Below are positions 26,320 through 36,073 of a DNA stretch of 64,000 nucleotides, piece by piece. The position numbers were made by a program, and so were the translations under genes. This DNA is from Alphaproteobacteria bacterium (GTDB lineage Bacteria > Pseudomonadota > Alphaproteobacteria > Rhodobacterales > Rhodobacteraceae): positions 114,507 to 178,506 of the forward strand of contig JARFTV010000002.1 in the NCBI GenBank assembly GCA_029289325.1, written 5' to 3'. The number at the start of each line of letters is the position of its first letter. The first letter of the stretch is position 1. The notes beneath the pieces were generated by a model, which was not told where the DNA came from, searched no databases, and worked only from the letters and a program-made list of their open reading frames with translations.

Positions 26320-27599
26320 CACCGGAAGAGCGAGGGCAGCCAGAGCGAGAGGCCGGGGATATAGGTCACCAGCATGAGCGTCCCGAAGGCCGCCCCGTAG
26401 AAGGGCCAGATCGAGCCCAGCACCTGCCCGACCCCGATCCGCCCCACCGCGCAGCCGACGAAAAGGACGGCCCCCACAGGCGGCGTGCACAGCCCGATGC
26501 CGAGGTTCAGTACCATGATCACCCCGAAATGCACCGGATCCACGCCGAAGGCCGTGGCGACGGGCAGGAAGATCGGGGTGGTGATCACGATCAGGGGCGA
26601 CATGTCCATGAAGGTGCCAAGGAAGATCAGCAGCAGGTTGATCAGCAGCAGGATCACGATGGGGTTGTCCGAGACGCCCTTCATCACCTCGATCATGTTG
26701 GCCGGGACTTTCAGGATCGCCAGCAGCCAGCCGAAGGCCGCCGCGCAGCCGATCACCATCAGCACCATCGCCGTGGTGCGGACGGCGGCGAAGGTGGCAG
26801 CGGTAAAGTTCTTCCAGTCCATCGTGCGGTAGGCAAGGACGGTGACCAGCAAAGCATAGACCGCCGCGATGCACGAGGACTCCGAGGCGGTGAAGACACC
26901 CGAACGGACGCCGACGAAGATGATCGCGATCAGCAGGATGCCGGGGATCGCGTTCAGCAGCAGGCCCCCCACTGCGAACCAGCCGGGGAACCGCTCGGTC
27001 GGGTAGCCGCGCTTCGAGGCCACGAACCAGGCGGCGACCATCAGCGAGACCGCCAGCATCAGGCCGGGCAGGATGCCTGCCGTGAACAGGTCGGCGATGG
27101 AAATGCGCCCGCCTCCGGCGATGGAATAGATGATCAGGTTGTGGCTGGGCGGGATCATCAGCGCGATGATCGAGGAGACAACCGTCACATTCACCGCATA
27201 ATCAACGCCGTAGCCGCGTTCCTTCATTTGCGGGATCATCAGCCCGCCGATGGCCGAGGCATCCGCCGCGGCGGATCCAGAGATTCCGCCGAACAGGACT
27301 GAGGCCGAGATGTTCACCTGCCCAAGGCCCCCGCGGAGGTGGCCCACCAGCCCTCCGGCCAGCGCGACCAGACGGCGGGCGATGTCGCCGCGCACCATCA
27401 GCTCACCGGCAAAGATGAAGAACGGGATCGCCATCAGCGCAAAGACCGAAACGCCCGAGTTCAGGCGCTGGAACACGACGATCGGCGGGAGTTCCATGTA
27501 AAGGACGGTCGCGAAGGAGGCGATGCCCAGGCAGAAGGCGACGGGCGTGCCGATCAGCAGCAGCGTGGCGAAGGTGCCGAAAAGGATCCAGAGTTCCAT
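26319..27599 (-). CDS. TRAP transporter large permease
   Basis: 426-aa polytopic DctM-type protein. Confidence 0.9.
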   Translation of the reverse strand: MELWILFGTFATLLLIGTPVAFCLGIASFATVLYMELPPIVVFQRLNSGVSVFALMAIPFFIFAGELMVRGDIARRLVALAGGLVGHLRGGLGQVNISASVLFGGISGSAAADASAIGGLMIPQMKERGYGVDYAVNVTVVSSIIALMIPPSHNLIIYSIAGGGRISIADLFTAGILPGLMLAVSLMVAAWFVASKRGYPTERFPGWFAVGGLLLNAIPGILLIAIIFVGVRSGVFTASESSCIAAVYALLVTVLAYRTMDWKNFTAATFAAVRTTAMVLMVIGCAAAFGWLLAILKVPANMIEVMKGVSDNPIVILLLINLLLIFLGTFMDMSPLIVITTPIFLPVATAFGVDPVHFGVIMVLNLGIGLCTPPVGAVLFVGCAVGRIGVGQVLGSIWPFYGAAFGTLMLVTYIPGLSLWLPSLFR

Positions 27600-27603
27600 G
27601 CGC

Positions 27604-28125
27604 CTACTCCGCCAACTGGGTTTCGCCGAAGCGCGCCGTCGGCAGGCCCGCCGCCCGCCGGGCCAGACGCTCCAGCGAGAAGATCACGATAAGAACGCCC
27701 CCGCCCACGATGGGGGCAAAGTCGATGGCCCCGGAGACCCCCAGGGACGGCAGCTTGATGTTCCAGGCCGACCCGGCCAGCTGGGCGCCATACCAGATCA
27801 TCCCCAGCCCGAAGCCCGTCACGGCAAGGTCCGAGACCGAGAAGAGCCACAGCCGCACCCGCTGCGGCAGGACATGGATCAGCACATCGAAGGACAGGTG
27901 GTAGCCCTCGCGGATGCCCACGGCCGCGCCAAGGAAGATGAACCAGCCCATCAGGATCACGGCCAGCGGTTCGCTCCAGATCAGCGAGGAGTTGAGGCCA
28001 TAGCGGAACACCACCTGCGCCGCGATGATCGCCGTCATCAGCACCAGCGCCGCGCCCGCGACCCAAAGCGCAGCGGTCGCCACATGGCCCAGCACGCGGG
28101 CCAGCCGATTCATCACGTCCTGCAC
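27604..28125 (-). CDS. TRAP transporter small permease
   Basis: 173-aa DctQ-type protein with four hydrophobic segments. Confidence 0.85.
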   Translation of the reverse strand: MQDVMNRLARVLGHVATAALWVAGAALVLMTAIIAAQVVFRYGLNSSLIWSEPLAVILMGWFIFLGAAVGIREGYHLSFDVLIHVLPQRVRLWLFSVSDLAVTGFGLGMIWYGAQLAGSAWNIKLPSLGVSGAIDFAPIVGGGVLIVIFSLERLARRAAGLPTARFGETQLAE

Positions 28126-28178
28126 CTTGGTCCCCCGTTGGATCGGGCGGCCTGAGGCGGCCGCCCGGGTTGCCTAGA

Positions 28179-29159
28179 TCACTCCACCGCCTGGATGCGG
28201 GTCACGAGATCCTGCAGCTTCGGCGTGTTGGCGTGCTTTTCGTAGACCGGGACCATCGCCTCGATGAACGGGGTCTTGTCGATGTTGTCGATGATCTGAA
28301 CGCCCGCGGCGCGGACCTTGTCCTCGGATTCCTTCTCGCGCGCGGCCCAGAGCTCGCGGTTGACGGGCATGGAGTCACGCGCGGCCTGGCGCAGGATCTC
28401 CTGATCCTCGGGCGAGAGCTTGTCCCAGCTGGCCTTGGACATGACCAGCACTTCCGGCACGATCAGGTGCTGGTTCAGCGTGTAGTAGCCCGCGACCTCG
28501 TAATGGCCCGAGGATTCGAAGGACGGCCAGTTGTTCTCGGCTCCGTCGATGACGCCGGTCTGGATCGCCGAATAGACCTCGCCATAGGGCATCGGCGTCG
28601 CGTTCGCGCCAAGGGCGGTCATCATGTCGACAAAGACGTCGGACTGCATGACGCGGACCTTCATTCCGGCAAGGTCGTCGATGGAATCGATGGGCTTCTT
28701 CGAGTTGTAGAAGCTGCGGCTGCCACCGTCGTAGAAGGCCAGCGCGACGAAGCCGTGCGGCTCGAAGGCGGCGGCGATCTCGGCCCCGATGTCACCGTCC
28801 ATCACCTTGTGCATGTGCTCGACCGAGCGGAAGATGAACGGCAGCGAGACGACCTTGGTCTCCTCGATCAGGTTGTTGAACGGTCCCATCGAGACGCGGT
28901 TCAGGTCGATCACGCCGAACTTGGTCTGTTCGATCGTGTCCTTCTCCTCGCCCAGCTGGGCCGAGTGGAAGACCTCGACGCAGATGCGCCCGCCGGTCCG
29001 TTCCTTAACCATCTCTCCCATCTTCTGCACCGCCGCGACGGTGGGATAGCCGTCGGGGTGGGTGTCGGACGATTTCAGGGTGACTTCGCATTCGGCCAAG
29101 GCCGCGCCGGACAGGGCAGCAGTGGCCAGAAGTGCGGCCAGGGTGGTTCTCAGTTTCAT
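28179..29159 (-). CDS. TRAP transporter substrate-binding protein (DctP type; uronate context)
   Basis: ORF to 29279, but the ATG at 29159 ([22 protein letters not shown]) gives a signal peptide and has GAGGAGGA upstream. Confidence 0.85.
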   Translation of the reverse strand: MKLRTTLAALLATAALSGAALAECEVTLKSSDTHPDGYPTVAAVQKMGEMVKERTGGRICVEVFHSAQLGEEKDTIEQTKFGVIDLNRVSMGPFNNLIEETKVVSLPFIFRSVEHMHKVMDGDIGAEIAAAFEPHGFVALAFYDGGSRSFYNSKKPIDSIDDLAGMKVRVMQSDVFVDMMTALGANATPMPYGEVYSAIQTGVIDGAENNWPSFESSGHYEVAGYYTLNQHLIVPEVLVMSKASWDKLSPEDQEILRQAARDSMPVNRELWAAREKESEDKVRAAGVQIIDNIDKTPFIEAMVPVYEKHANTPKLQDLVTRIQAVE

Positions 29160-29178
29160 TGGTTGTCCTCCTCGTTGG

Positions 29179-30585
29179 TCACAGTCTGTAGGCTGCCTTG
29201 GCCAGGTCCCTGGCCAGAAGCGGGGCCAGCCCGAACGCCTCCTCGCAGTCGAGCCTTCCGGTGGCGACAAGCTCCGCAAGCCAGGCGCAGTCCACCCGGC
29301 GGGCCATGTCGTGCCGCGCCGGGATCGACAGGAAGGCGCGGGTGTCGTCGTTGAAACCCACAGTGTTGTAGAAGCCCGCGGTTTCCGTGGTCATCTCGCG
29401 GTAGCGGCGCATCCCTTCCGGGCTGTCGTGGAACCACCAGGCGGGGCCGAGCTTCAGCGCCGGATAGACGCCCGCCAGCGGCGCGAGTTCCCGGGCATAG
29501 GCGGTTTCGTCCAGCGTAAACAGGATGATGGAGAGGTTCGGCTCCATCCCCACGGCGTTCAGAAGCGGGCGCAGCGCGGCGACATAATCGGTGCGACCGG
29601 GGATGTCGAAGCCCTTGTCCCGGCCGAATTGCGCAAGGATTCCCGCGTGGTGGTTGCGCCTGCTGCCGGGATGAAGCTGCATGACCAGCCCGTCCTCAAG
29701 GCTCATCCGCGCCATTTCGGTGAGCATCTGGCCGCGGAAGGCGTCGGCCTCGTCTGGGTCGGCCCGGCCGGTCAGGACGCGGGCGAACAGTACCGCCGCA
29801 TCGCCCTGGGCAAGATCCTCGGTCCGGGCGGTGGCGTGGCCGTGATCCGTGGCCGTTGCACCCATCGCCCGGAAGAAGGCCCGCCGGACGCGATGGGCAT
29901 TGAGATAGCCTTGCCAGCTGTGGGTATCCTCGCCCGTCAGCGCCCCCAGCCGGGCGACATTGGCGGCAAAGCCGGGAAACTCCGGGTCCACCACTGCGTC
30001 TGGCCGATAGGTCGGCACCACCCTGCCTTGCCAGCCCGAGGCGCGGATCGCCGCATGGTGGCTCAGGTCGTCCAGCGCGGAATCGGTCGTGGCGATGACC
30101 TCGATGTTGAAGCGCTCATACAGCGCGCGGGGCCGGAAGGCCGGGGTCCGCAGCGCGGCGTCGATCCGGTCATAGTAATCGTCCGCATTGGCCGAGCTGA
30201 GCCGCTGATCGAAGCCGAAGACCGTCTCGAACGCATGATCCAGCCAGAGGCGCGAGGGCGTGCCGGCGAAGAGGTGATAGTTCGCCGCGAAGAGCCGCCA
30301 GATCCTGCGGCCATCCGTCTCGGTCGGCCCGCCATCGGCGCGCGGCACGCCCAGATCGGCCAGCGCCACCCCCTGCGAGGCCAGCATGCGGAACACGTAA
30401 TGATCCGGCGTGACGAAAAGCTGCGCCGGATCCGGGAAAGCGCCATCGGTCGCATACCAGGCCGGGTCGGTATGCCCATGCGGGCTGATGATCGGCAGGT
30501 CCTGCACCGTTTCATACAGCGCCCGCGCAAGATCGCGCGTCGCAGGATCGGCCGGGAACAAGCGGTCTGGATGCTGGATCGGCAA
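29179..30585 (-). CDS. uxaC: Glucuronate isomerase
   Basis: C-terminal 468 aa of the 1019-aa ORF 29179-32238. Homology starts at [14 protein letters not shown]...ISPHGHTDP. The in-frame TTG at 30585 is preceded by GGGGAGGGG at 6 nt. Everything upstream is antisense to the GntR and kdgK genes. Confidence 0.85.
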   Translation of the reverse strand: MPIQHPDRLFPADPATRDLARALYETVQDLPIISPHGHTDPAWYATDGAFPDPAQLFVTPDHYVFRMLASQGVALADLGVPRADGGPTETDGRRIWRLFAANYHLFAGTPSRLWLDHAFETVFGFDQRLSSANADDYYDRIDAALRTPAFRPRALYERFNIEVIATTDSALDDLSHHAAIRASGWQGRVVPTYRPDAVVDPEFPGFAANVARLGALTGEDTHSWQGYLNAHRVRRAFFRAMGATATDHGHATARTEDLAQGDAAVLFARVLTGRADPDEADAFRGQMLTEMARMSLEDGLVMQLHPGSRRNHHAGILAQFGRDKGFDIPGRTDYVAALRPLLNAVGMEPNLSIILFTLDETAYARELAPLAGVYPALKLGPAWWFHDSPEGMRRYREMTTETAGFYNTVGFNDDTRAFLSIPARHDMARRVDCAWLAELVATGRLDCEEAFGLAPLLARDLAKAAYRL

Positions 30586-30648
30586 CTGGCACCCCTCCCC
30601 TAGCGCAGTCTGGATGCGAGTCACCTTGGGAGAAGTTCTTATACTAGT

Positions 30649-30666
30649 CAACTGATATTCCAGTTG
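30649..30666. promoter_or_regulatory. Inverted repeat CAACTG-N6-CAGTTG in the uxaC / GntR divergent region
   Basis: Perfect 6-bp arms in the only AT-rich patch between the two divergent start codons (30585 and 30718). Confidence 0.3.
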
Positions 30667-30717
30667 CCGCCCCGAGATCGCCCGACTAGGGTGGGCGCAA
30701 GTGAAGGGGAGGAGCGC

Positions 30718-31413
30718 ATGGGCAAGGATGCCTTGAGCGTGTTGGAGCCGATCCAGCGGCCTTCGATTGCCGATTCCGTCTTTGACGAGCTGCACCGGCA
30801 GATTCTGCGGCTGGAGCTGCCGCCGGGGACCAAGCTGTCGGAATTCGACGTGGCCCGGGCGCTTGGCGTCTCGCGCCAGCCGGTGCGCGATGCCTTCTAC
30901 CGGCTGTCGAAACTGGGATTCCTGACCATCCGCCCGCAGCGCGCCACCACCGTCTCGGCCATCTCCGAACGCGCTGTCCTGCAGGCCCGCTTCATCCGCA
31001 TGGCGATCGAGCTGGAAACCGCCCGTGTCGCCTGCGAACGGCTGACCGAGGCGGATTTCTCGGCGATGGAGGCGATCCTTGCCCAGCAGGAACGCGCGGT
31101 CGCCGCCCGCGATCCGGCCGCCTTCCACGACCTTGACGACCAGTTCCACCGCGAACTTTGCGAACGCGCGGGCGTGGGGTTCGCCTGGGAGACGGCGCGC
31201 GAGATGAAGTCGCACATGGACCGGGTGCGTTATCTGTCGCTGTCCTTCGCCTCGGAACGCGCGTTCGAGGAGCACAAGGACATCCTGGCCGCGATCCGGG
31301 CCCGTGACGCGGAGCGCGCAACGCAGATGGTGCGGTTGCACCTGTCGCGGATCCTGGACCAGATCGTCCGCATCCGCGCCGAACATGCCGCCTATTTCGC
31401 CGACGAGGGTTAG
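30718..31413 (+). CDS. GntR-family (FadR subfamily) regulator, UxuR/ExuR-like by context
   Basis: ORF from the TTG at 30664. The ATG at 30718 is preceded by GGGGAGGAG. HTH region LGVSRQPVRDAFYRLSKLGFL, plus an FCD-type C-terminal domain. Confidence 0.85.
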   Translation: MGKDALSVLEPIQRPSIADSVFDELHRQILRLELPPGTKLSEFDVARALGVSRQPVRDAFYRLSKLGFLTIRPQRATTVSAISERAVLQARFIRMAIELETARVACERLTEADFSAMEAILAQQERAVAARDPAAFHDLDDQFHRELCERAGVGFAWETAREMKSHMDRVRYLSLSFASERAFEEHKDILAAIRARDAERATQMVRLHLSRILDQIVRIRAEHAAYFADEG

Positions 31414-31416
31414 GGG

Positions 31417-32313
31417 ATGCGCATCGTCAGCATCGGCGAATGCATGGTCGAGCTTGCCCCGACCGGGGACGGCCATTTTGCCCTGGGTTATGCGGGCGAC
31501 ACGTTCAACACCGCCTGGTATCTGCGCCGCCTGCTGCCCGAGGCGGCGGTCGATTACCTGTCCGCGGTGGGGGAGGATGCGGTCTCGGCCCGAATGCTGG
31601 ACTTCATGGCGGCTGAAGGGATCGGCACGGCCCATATCCGCCGCCTCAGGGACCGCAGCGTCGGGCTTTACCTGATCCAGGTCGACAGGGGTGAACGCAG
31701 TTTCGCCTATTGGCGCTCCACCTCGGCCGCGCGCAACCTTGCGGATGATCCAAAGGTGCTGGCGGCCGGGCTGGCCGGGGCACGGCTGGCCTATCTGTCG
31801 GGGATCACGCTGGCAATCCTTGCGCCCGAACCCCGAGCCGCCCTTCTGTCCGCCCTGCGCGTGGCGCGGGCGGCCGGGACCCTGGTGGCCTTCGATCCGA
31901 ACATCCGCCCCGCCCTCTGGCCCGATGCCGACGTCATGCGCAGGGCCCTGACCGAGGGCGCGGCCCATGCCGACATCATCCTGCCCTCCTTCGACGACGA
32001 GGCGCAGCATTTCGGGGATGCCACGCCCGAAGCGACCGCCCGGCGCTATGCGGCCGCAGGGGCCGAGCTGGTCGTGGTGAAGGACGGCCCGAACCCCGTG
32101 GTCTCGCTTCAGGCGGAGGGGCTGGATACGCATCCCCTCCCCGCCCCCGCCGCGACCCCGGTGGACAGCACCGCCGCCGGCGACAGTTTCAACGCCGCCT
32201 TCCTTTCCGCCTGGCTGCAAGACAAGCCCCTGGCGCAAGCGGTGTCGGCCGGAGCAGCCCTTGCCGCCAAGGTCATCGCCGCGCCCGGCGCCCTTGTGCG
32301 CGGTGCGATCTAG
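31417..32313 (+). CDS. kdgK: 2-dehydro-3-deoxygluconokinase (PfkB family)
   Basis: 298 aa. IGECMVEL, GDTFNT, YLSGITLAIL and DSTAAGDSFNAAFL align with E. coli KdgK. Confidence 0.85.
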   Translation: MRIVSIGECMVELAPTGDGHFALGYAGDTFNTAWYLRRLLPEAAVDYLSAVGEDAVSARMLDFMAAEGIGTAHIRRLRDRSVGLYLIQVDRGERSFAYWRSTSAARNLADDPKVLAAGLAGARLAYLSGITLAILAPEPRAALLSALRVARAAGTLVAFDPNIRPALWPDADVMRRALTEGAAHADIILPSFDDEAQHFGDATPEATARRYAAAGAELVVVKDGPNPVVSLQAEGLDTHPLPAPAATPVDSTAAGDSFNAAFLSAWLQDKPLAQAVSAGAALAAKVIAAPGALVRGAI

Positions 32314-32756
32314 CCACGGGTTTCGGCCAGGAGCGACTCCAGCTCGGTCCGCAAGGCGGCGATCGACGACTTCAGGACCGGGAACGGCACCGCATTCTCG
32401 GCCTCGCGGTAGGCGGCCAGCACGTGATCCTCGCCATCGCGTACCTGGGCCATCACATCGCCGTCGATGTCATCGACAAGGGCCCGCGTCGCCACCACCA
32501 GCCGGTTGACCACGGCCATGAAGGACCCATCCGGGTCCGGCCTGCGGCCATGCTGTTGCAACAGCGTCGCCAGCACCGCGGCATGGGCCCGGTGCAGGTC
32601 GCGGAACCGCGCGGCAGTGGCGCGGAACGCGGGCTCGGCCTTCTGGACCATCTTCTCGAACCCCGCCTGCGCATCGACCGTGCGGGTATGGGCATGGGCC
32701 AGACTGTCGAGCGCGGCGTCGTCCATCGTCGGGGCGGTGATCGGGTCATGCGGCAT
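32310..32756 (-). CDS. DUF2383 / PA2169-like four-helix-bundle (ferritin-like) protein
   Basis: ORF to 32795 (GTG). The ATG at 32756 has AAGGAG 8 nt upstream and overlaps the glgX stop by 11 nt. The pattern GFEKM...F..L...H...L......G..PD.DGS......R........D......V..GEDHVLAAY.EA is as I remember for this family. Confidence 0.55.
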   Translation of the reverse strand: MPHDPITAPTMDDAALDSLAHAHTRTVDAQAGFEKMVQKAEPAFRATAARFRDLHRAHAAVLATLLQQHGRRPDPDGSFMAVVNRLVVATRALVDDIDGDVMAQVRDGEDHVLAAYREAENAVPFPVLKSSIAALRTELESLLAETRG

Positions 32757-34851
32757 CGGAAGCGCTCCTTTCAGCAGGGAAAACCACGGGATCACGGGTC
32801 AGGACCAGCACCGACTGGCCGGGAACAAGGGTCGGGCCGCAGACGATCCCCTCGGCCCGAACCGGATTGGCCGAGGAGGACAGGCGCAGCTGCCACTCAC
32901 CCTCGGGCAGGCTGACCTCGCAGTCGTCTCCCGCATTCAGCCAGACCAGCACCTCGGGCGCGTCCGGTCGCCAGAGGTGGAAGCCCAGACAGAACAGCCC
33001 ATGGTCCTCCCAATCGCCGTCCTGCATCCCCCGGCCGTCGGGATGCAGCCAGGCAACTTCGGGCCGGTCGCCGACGCCATGACCGGCGGCCAGGGCAAAG
33101 CGGGCATCGGCAAGTCGCAGCTCGGCCCTGAGCCAGATCATCTCGGAACTGGCCTCCCGCAGTTCAGGGTTCGCCGCAGACCAGTCGAGCCATGTCAGCT
33201 CATTGTCCTGGCAATAGGCGTTGTTGTTGCCGTGCTGGCTGTGGCCGATCTCGTCGCCCGCAAGCAGCATCGGCACCCCCTGCGCCATGAAAAGCGAGCC
33301 GAGCATCGCCTTGGCCCGCCGCAGCCGTCCGTGCAGGATATCCGGGTCGTCGGTCGGCCCTTCGGCCCCCATGTTGTGGCTGAGGTTGTGGCCGTGGCCG
33401 TCGCGGTTGTCCTCCCCATTCGCCTCGTTGTGCTTATGGTCGTAGGACAGCGTGTCCCACAGCGTGAACCCGTCATGCGCCGCCAGGAAATTGACCGACG
33501 AGGTGGCGGGCCGCCGCGAATGGTGGAACTGCGTGGGCGAGCCCAGGAGGCGCTGCGACACCCGGCCCAGCATCCCCGGATCGCGCCGCCAGAAGGCGCG
33601 GAGGTCGTCGCGGGCCTTGTCGTTCCATTCGCGGAACGGCCACGGAAACCCGCCAACCTGATAGCCGCCCTCGCCGATGTCCCAGGGCTCGGCGATCAGC
33701 TTCACCTGCCGCAGGACCGGGTCCTGACGGATCGCCGTCAGGAAGCCGCCTTCCCGCTCGAACCCCTGGCTTTCGCGGCCGAGGGTGGAGGCGAGGTCGA
33801 AGCGGAACCCGTCGACATGCATGACCTGCACCCAGTAGCGCAAGCTGTCCAGCACCATGCGCAAGACCATCGGATGCGCGACGTTCAGCGTGTTGCCGCA
33901 GCCGGTGGTGTCAAAGCTGTGTCGGGGATTGTCGGCCAGAAGGTAATAGGACCGGTTGTCGATCCCCCGGAAGGACAGGGTCGGCCCCAGTTCGTTCCCC
34001 TCGGCGGTGTGGTTGTAGACCACATCCAGGATCACCTCGATCCCCGCGGAGTGAAAGGCGCGGATCGCGCGCTTCATTTCGGCCGGGTTCCCGGTCTTGA
34101 GATAGGGCCGATGGGGCGCGAAGAAGGACAGCGTGTTGTAGCCCCAGTAGTTGGTCAGTCCCTTCTGCAAGAGATGATGGTCCTGCACGAAGGAATGGAC
34201 CGGCAAAAGCTCCACTGCCGTGATGCCAAGCGCCTTCAGGTGGTCGATCACGGCGGGAGCCCCCAGACCGGCAAAGGTGCCCCGGTCGGCTTCGGGCACA
34301 TCGGGATGAAGCCGGGTCAGCCCCTTCACATGGGCCTCGTAGATCACCGTTTCTTCCCAGGGCCGGGTCAGCGCCCGGTCGGAATCCCAGTCGAAATCCG
34401 GGTCGGCCACCACGGCCTTGGGCACGAAGGGCGCGCTGTCACGGTCGTCCCGCTCCAGATCCGAGCCGCCGGAAGGAAAGCCGAACAGCGCGTCGTCCCA
34501 GTGCAGATCCCCGACCAGTTGCCGCGCATAGGGATCCAGCAGCAGCTTCGCGGGGTTGAACCGGTGACCCTCCTCGGGCGCGAAGGGGCCATGCACCCGG
34601 TAGCCATAGGCCTGCCCCGGCTGCACCCCCGGCAGATAGCCATACCAGATCGCGCCCTCCATCTCGGGCAGGTCATGGCGGGCAATCTCTGCTTGCCCGT
34701 CGTCGGAATAAAGGCACAGCTCCACCCGCTCGGCATGGTCCGAGAAAAGGGCGAAGTTCACCCCCTGCCCGTCATAGGTCGCCCCCAGATTGGCCGGGCT
34801 CGCGCGCGAACGTTCAAACTGCGCGGCGGCGAAGTCCAGTCGTCGCAGCAT
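32746..34851 (-). CDS. glgX: Glycogen debranching enzyme
   Basis: 701 aa. N-terminus GATYDGQGVNFALFS, then YGYRVHGP, NPAKLLLDPYA, a GH13 catalytic core (GFRFDLAS, EPWD) and YVSAHDGFTL-like blocks. Confidence 0.9.
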   Translation of the reverse strand: MLRRLDFAAAQFERSRASPANLGATYDGQGVNFALFSDHAERVELCLYSDDGQAEIARHDLPEMEGAIWYGYLPGVQPGQAYGYRVHGPFAPEEGHRFNPAKLLLDPYARQLVGDLHWDDALFGFPSGGSDLERDDRDSAPFVPKAVVADPDFDWDSDRALTRPWEETVIYEAHVKGLTRLHPDVPEADRGTFAGLGAPAVIDHLKALGITAVELLPVHSFVQDHHLLQKGLTNYWGYNTLSFFAPHRPYLKTGNPAEMKRAIRAFHSAGIEVILDVVYNHTAEGNELGPTLSFRGIDNRSYYLLADNPRHSFDTTGCGNTLNVAHPMVLRMVLDSLRYWVQVMHVDGFRFDLASTLGRESQGFEREGGFLTAIRQDPVLRQVKLIAEPWDIGEGGYQVGGFPWPFREWNDKARDDLRAFWRRDPGMLGRVSQRLLGSPTQFHHSRRPATSSVNFLAAHDGFTLWDTLSYDHKHNEANGEDNRDGHGHNLSHNMGAEGPTDDPDILHGRLRRAKAMLGSLFMAQGVPMLLAGDEIGHSQHGNNNAYCQDNELTWLDWSAANPELREASSEMIWLRAELRLADARFALAAGHGVGDRPEVAWLHPDGRGMQDGDWEDHGLFCLGFHLWRPDAPEVLVWLNAGDDCEVSLPEGEWQLRLSSSANPVRAEGIVCGPTLVPGQSVLVLTRDPVVFPAERSASDAA

Positions 34852-34852
34852 G

Positions 34853-36073
34853 TCAGCGGCTCCGCGCCAGCGTCGGGCGGCCCGGCAGCAGCACCGGCCC
34901 CGGCTGCATCATCGCCCGCCGGGCAAGCATCTGCGCGGTGACCAGCGTCGTGCCCCCCGGCGTCACCCGGAACCACAGTGCATCCTCCTCCGGGTCATGG
35001 CCGACCACCAGTCCCTCCGGCAGCCGCACCCCCGGCGCCAGGATCACGCCACGCAGCCGACAGCCCTCGGCCAGCCGCGCCCCCGGCATGATCACCGAAC
35101 TTTCCACCTCTGCCTGCGGCTCGGGACCCGGCCCCAGCGAGACGACCGAGCCCGCATCGTCCAGCGCCACAGGCGTCTGCAACCGCGACGGAAGCTGCCG
35201 GGCTGCCGGCGATGGCCGGACCTGGGGCATCGGGCAGGGTGGATCGGCGTCGAAAGCCAGCCAGGTCGTGCGGAAGGCGTCCAGGGTGCCAACATCGCGC
35301 CAGTAGAACGCCCCCCCGCCCGGAGCCTCGCCCCGCACCACCTGGGCCGCACCCTCGGCCACGGCAAGCGGCAGGATGTCATGCCCGAAGTCATGCGTGC
35401 TGGCCGGATCCAGCGCATCCCGGCGCAGCCTTTCGCGCAGCCAAGGCCAGTCGAAGACATAGATCCCCATCGAGACCAGCGCCCGTCCCGGATCCTCCGG
35501 GATCGCCGGAGGGCGCGCGGGCTTTTCCACGAAGCCGGTCACCTGACCGCCCGCTTGCGCCTCGATGCAGCCGAAAGACCGCGCCTCGGAACGGTCCACC
35601 ACATCGGCGGCGATGGTCACCGCCGCACCCGCCAGGCGATGCGCCGCGATCATCGGGCGATAGTCCATCGCATAGACATGGTCGCCGGACAGCACCACCA
35701 CCTCGCGCGGGGCCAAGGCGTCGATCTCGGCCGCGTTCTTCCACACCGCGTCGGCCGTCCCCGTATAGCTGCGTTCCGCCATCGTCGTCCCGCTGGCCCG
35801 CCGCAGCCGCATTCCCGTCCCGAAGACCGGACGCCAGGCGCGGTTGAGATAATCCTCCAGCGGCCCTGCGCCGAATTGCGTCGCGACCAGCACCTGCCCC
35901 AGACCCGAGCGGCGAAGGTTCTCCAGCGTGAAATCCACGATCCGGTTGCGCGGCCCGAAGGCCACTGCCGGCTTTGCCAGGCTGTCGGTCAACTCGTACA
36001 GGCGCGACCCCCGCCCCCCGGCGAGCAGAATCGCCACAGGATCCTCGGGCCTCGCGCGATCAGCGACCGACAT
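34853..36073 (-). CDS. glgC: Glucose-1-phosphate adenylyltransferase (divergent)
   Basis: ORF to 36181. The ATG at 36073 is preceded by GGAAGGAG. ILLAGGRGSRLYELTDSLAKPAV is the GlgC N-terminal signature. Has a C-terminal left-handed beta-helix region. Its stop lies 1 nt from the glgX start. Confidence 0.85.
   Translation of the reverse strand: MSVADRARPEDPVAILLAGGRGSRLYELTDSLAKPAVAFGPRNRIVDFTLENLRRSGLGQVLVATQFGAGPLEDYLNRAWRPVFGTGMRLRRASGTTMAERSYTGTADAVWKNAAEIDALAPREVVVLSGDHVYAMDYRPMIAAHRLAGAAVTIAADVVDRSEARSFGCIEAQAGGQVTGFVEKPARPPAIPEDPGRALVSMGIYVFDWPWLRERLRRDALDPASTHDFGHDILPLAVAEGAAQVVRGEAPGGGAFYWRDVGTLDAFRTTWLAFDADPPCPMPQVRPSPAARQLPSRLQTPVALDDAGSVVSLGPGPEPQAEVESSVIMPGARLAEGCRLRGVILAPGVRLPEGLVVGHDPEEDALWFRVTPGGTTLVTAQMLARRAMMQPGPVLLPGRPTLARSR

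Noticed and set aside
29179-32238. 1019-aa ORF, the longest in the track
   Set aside because: Only the C-terminal 468 aa resemble a real protein (glucuronate isomerase, TTG start at 30585 with a strong RBS). The N-terminal 550 codons are antisense to the well-supported GntR (30718-31413) and kdgK (31417-32313) genes and translate to Arg/Gly/Pro-rich junk. This is a typical open antisense frame in GC-rich DNA.
32467-34941. 824-aa ORF on the plus strand
   Set aside because: It is entirely antisense to glgX and the DUF2383-like gene. The product is low-complexity and Arg/Pro/Gly-rich with no recognisable motif, whereas the minus-strand products have clear family signatures.
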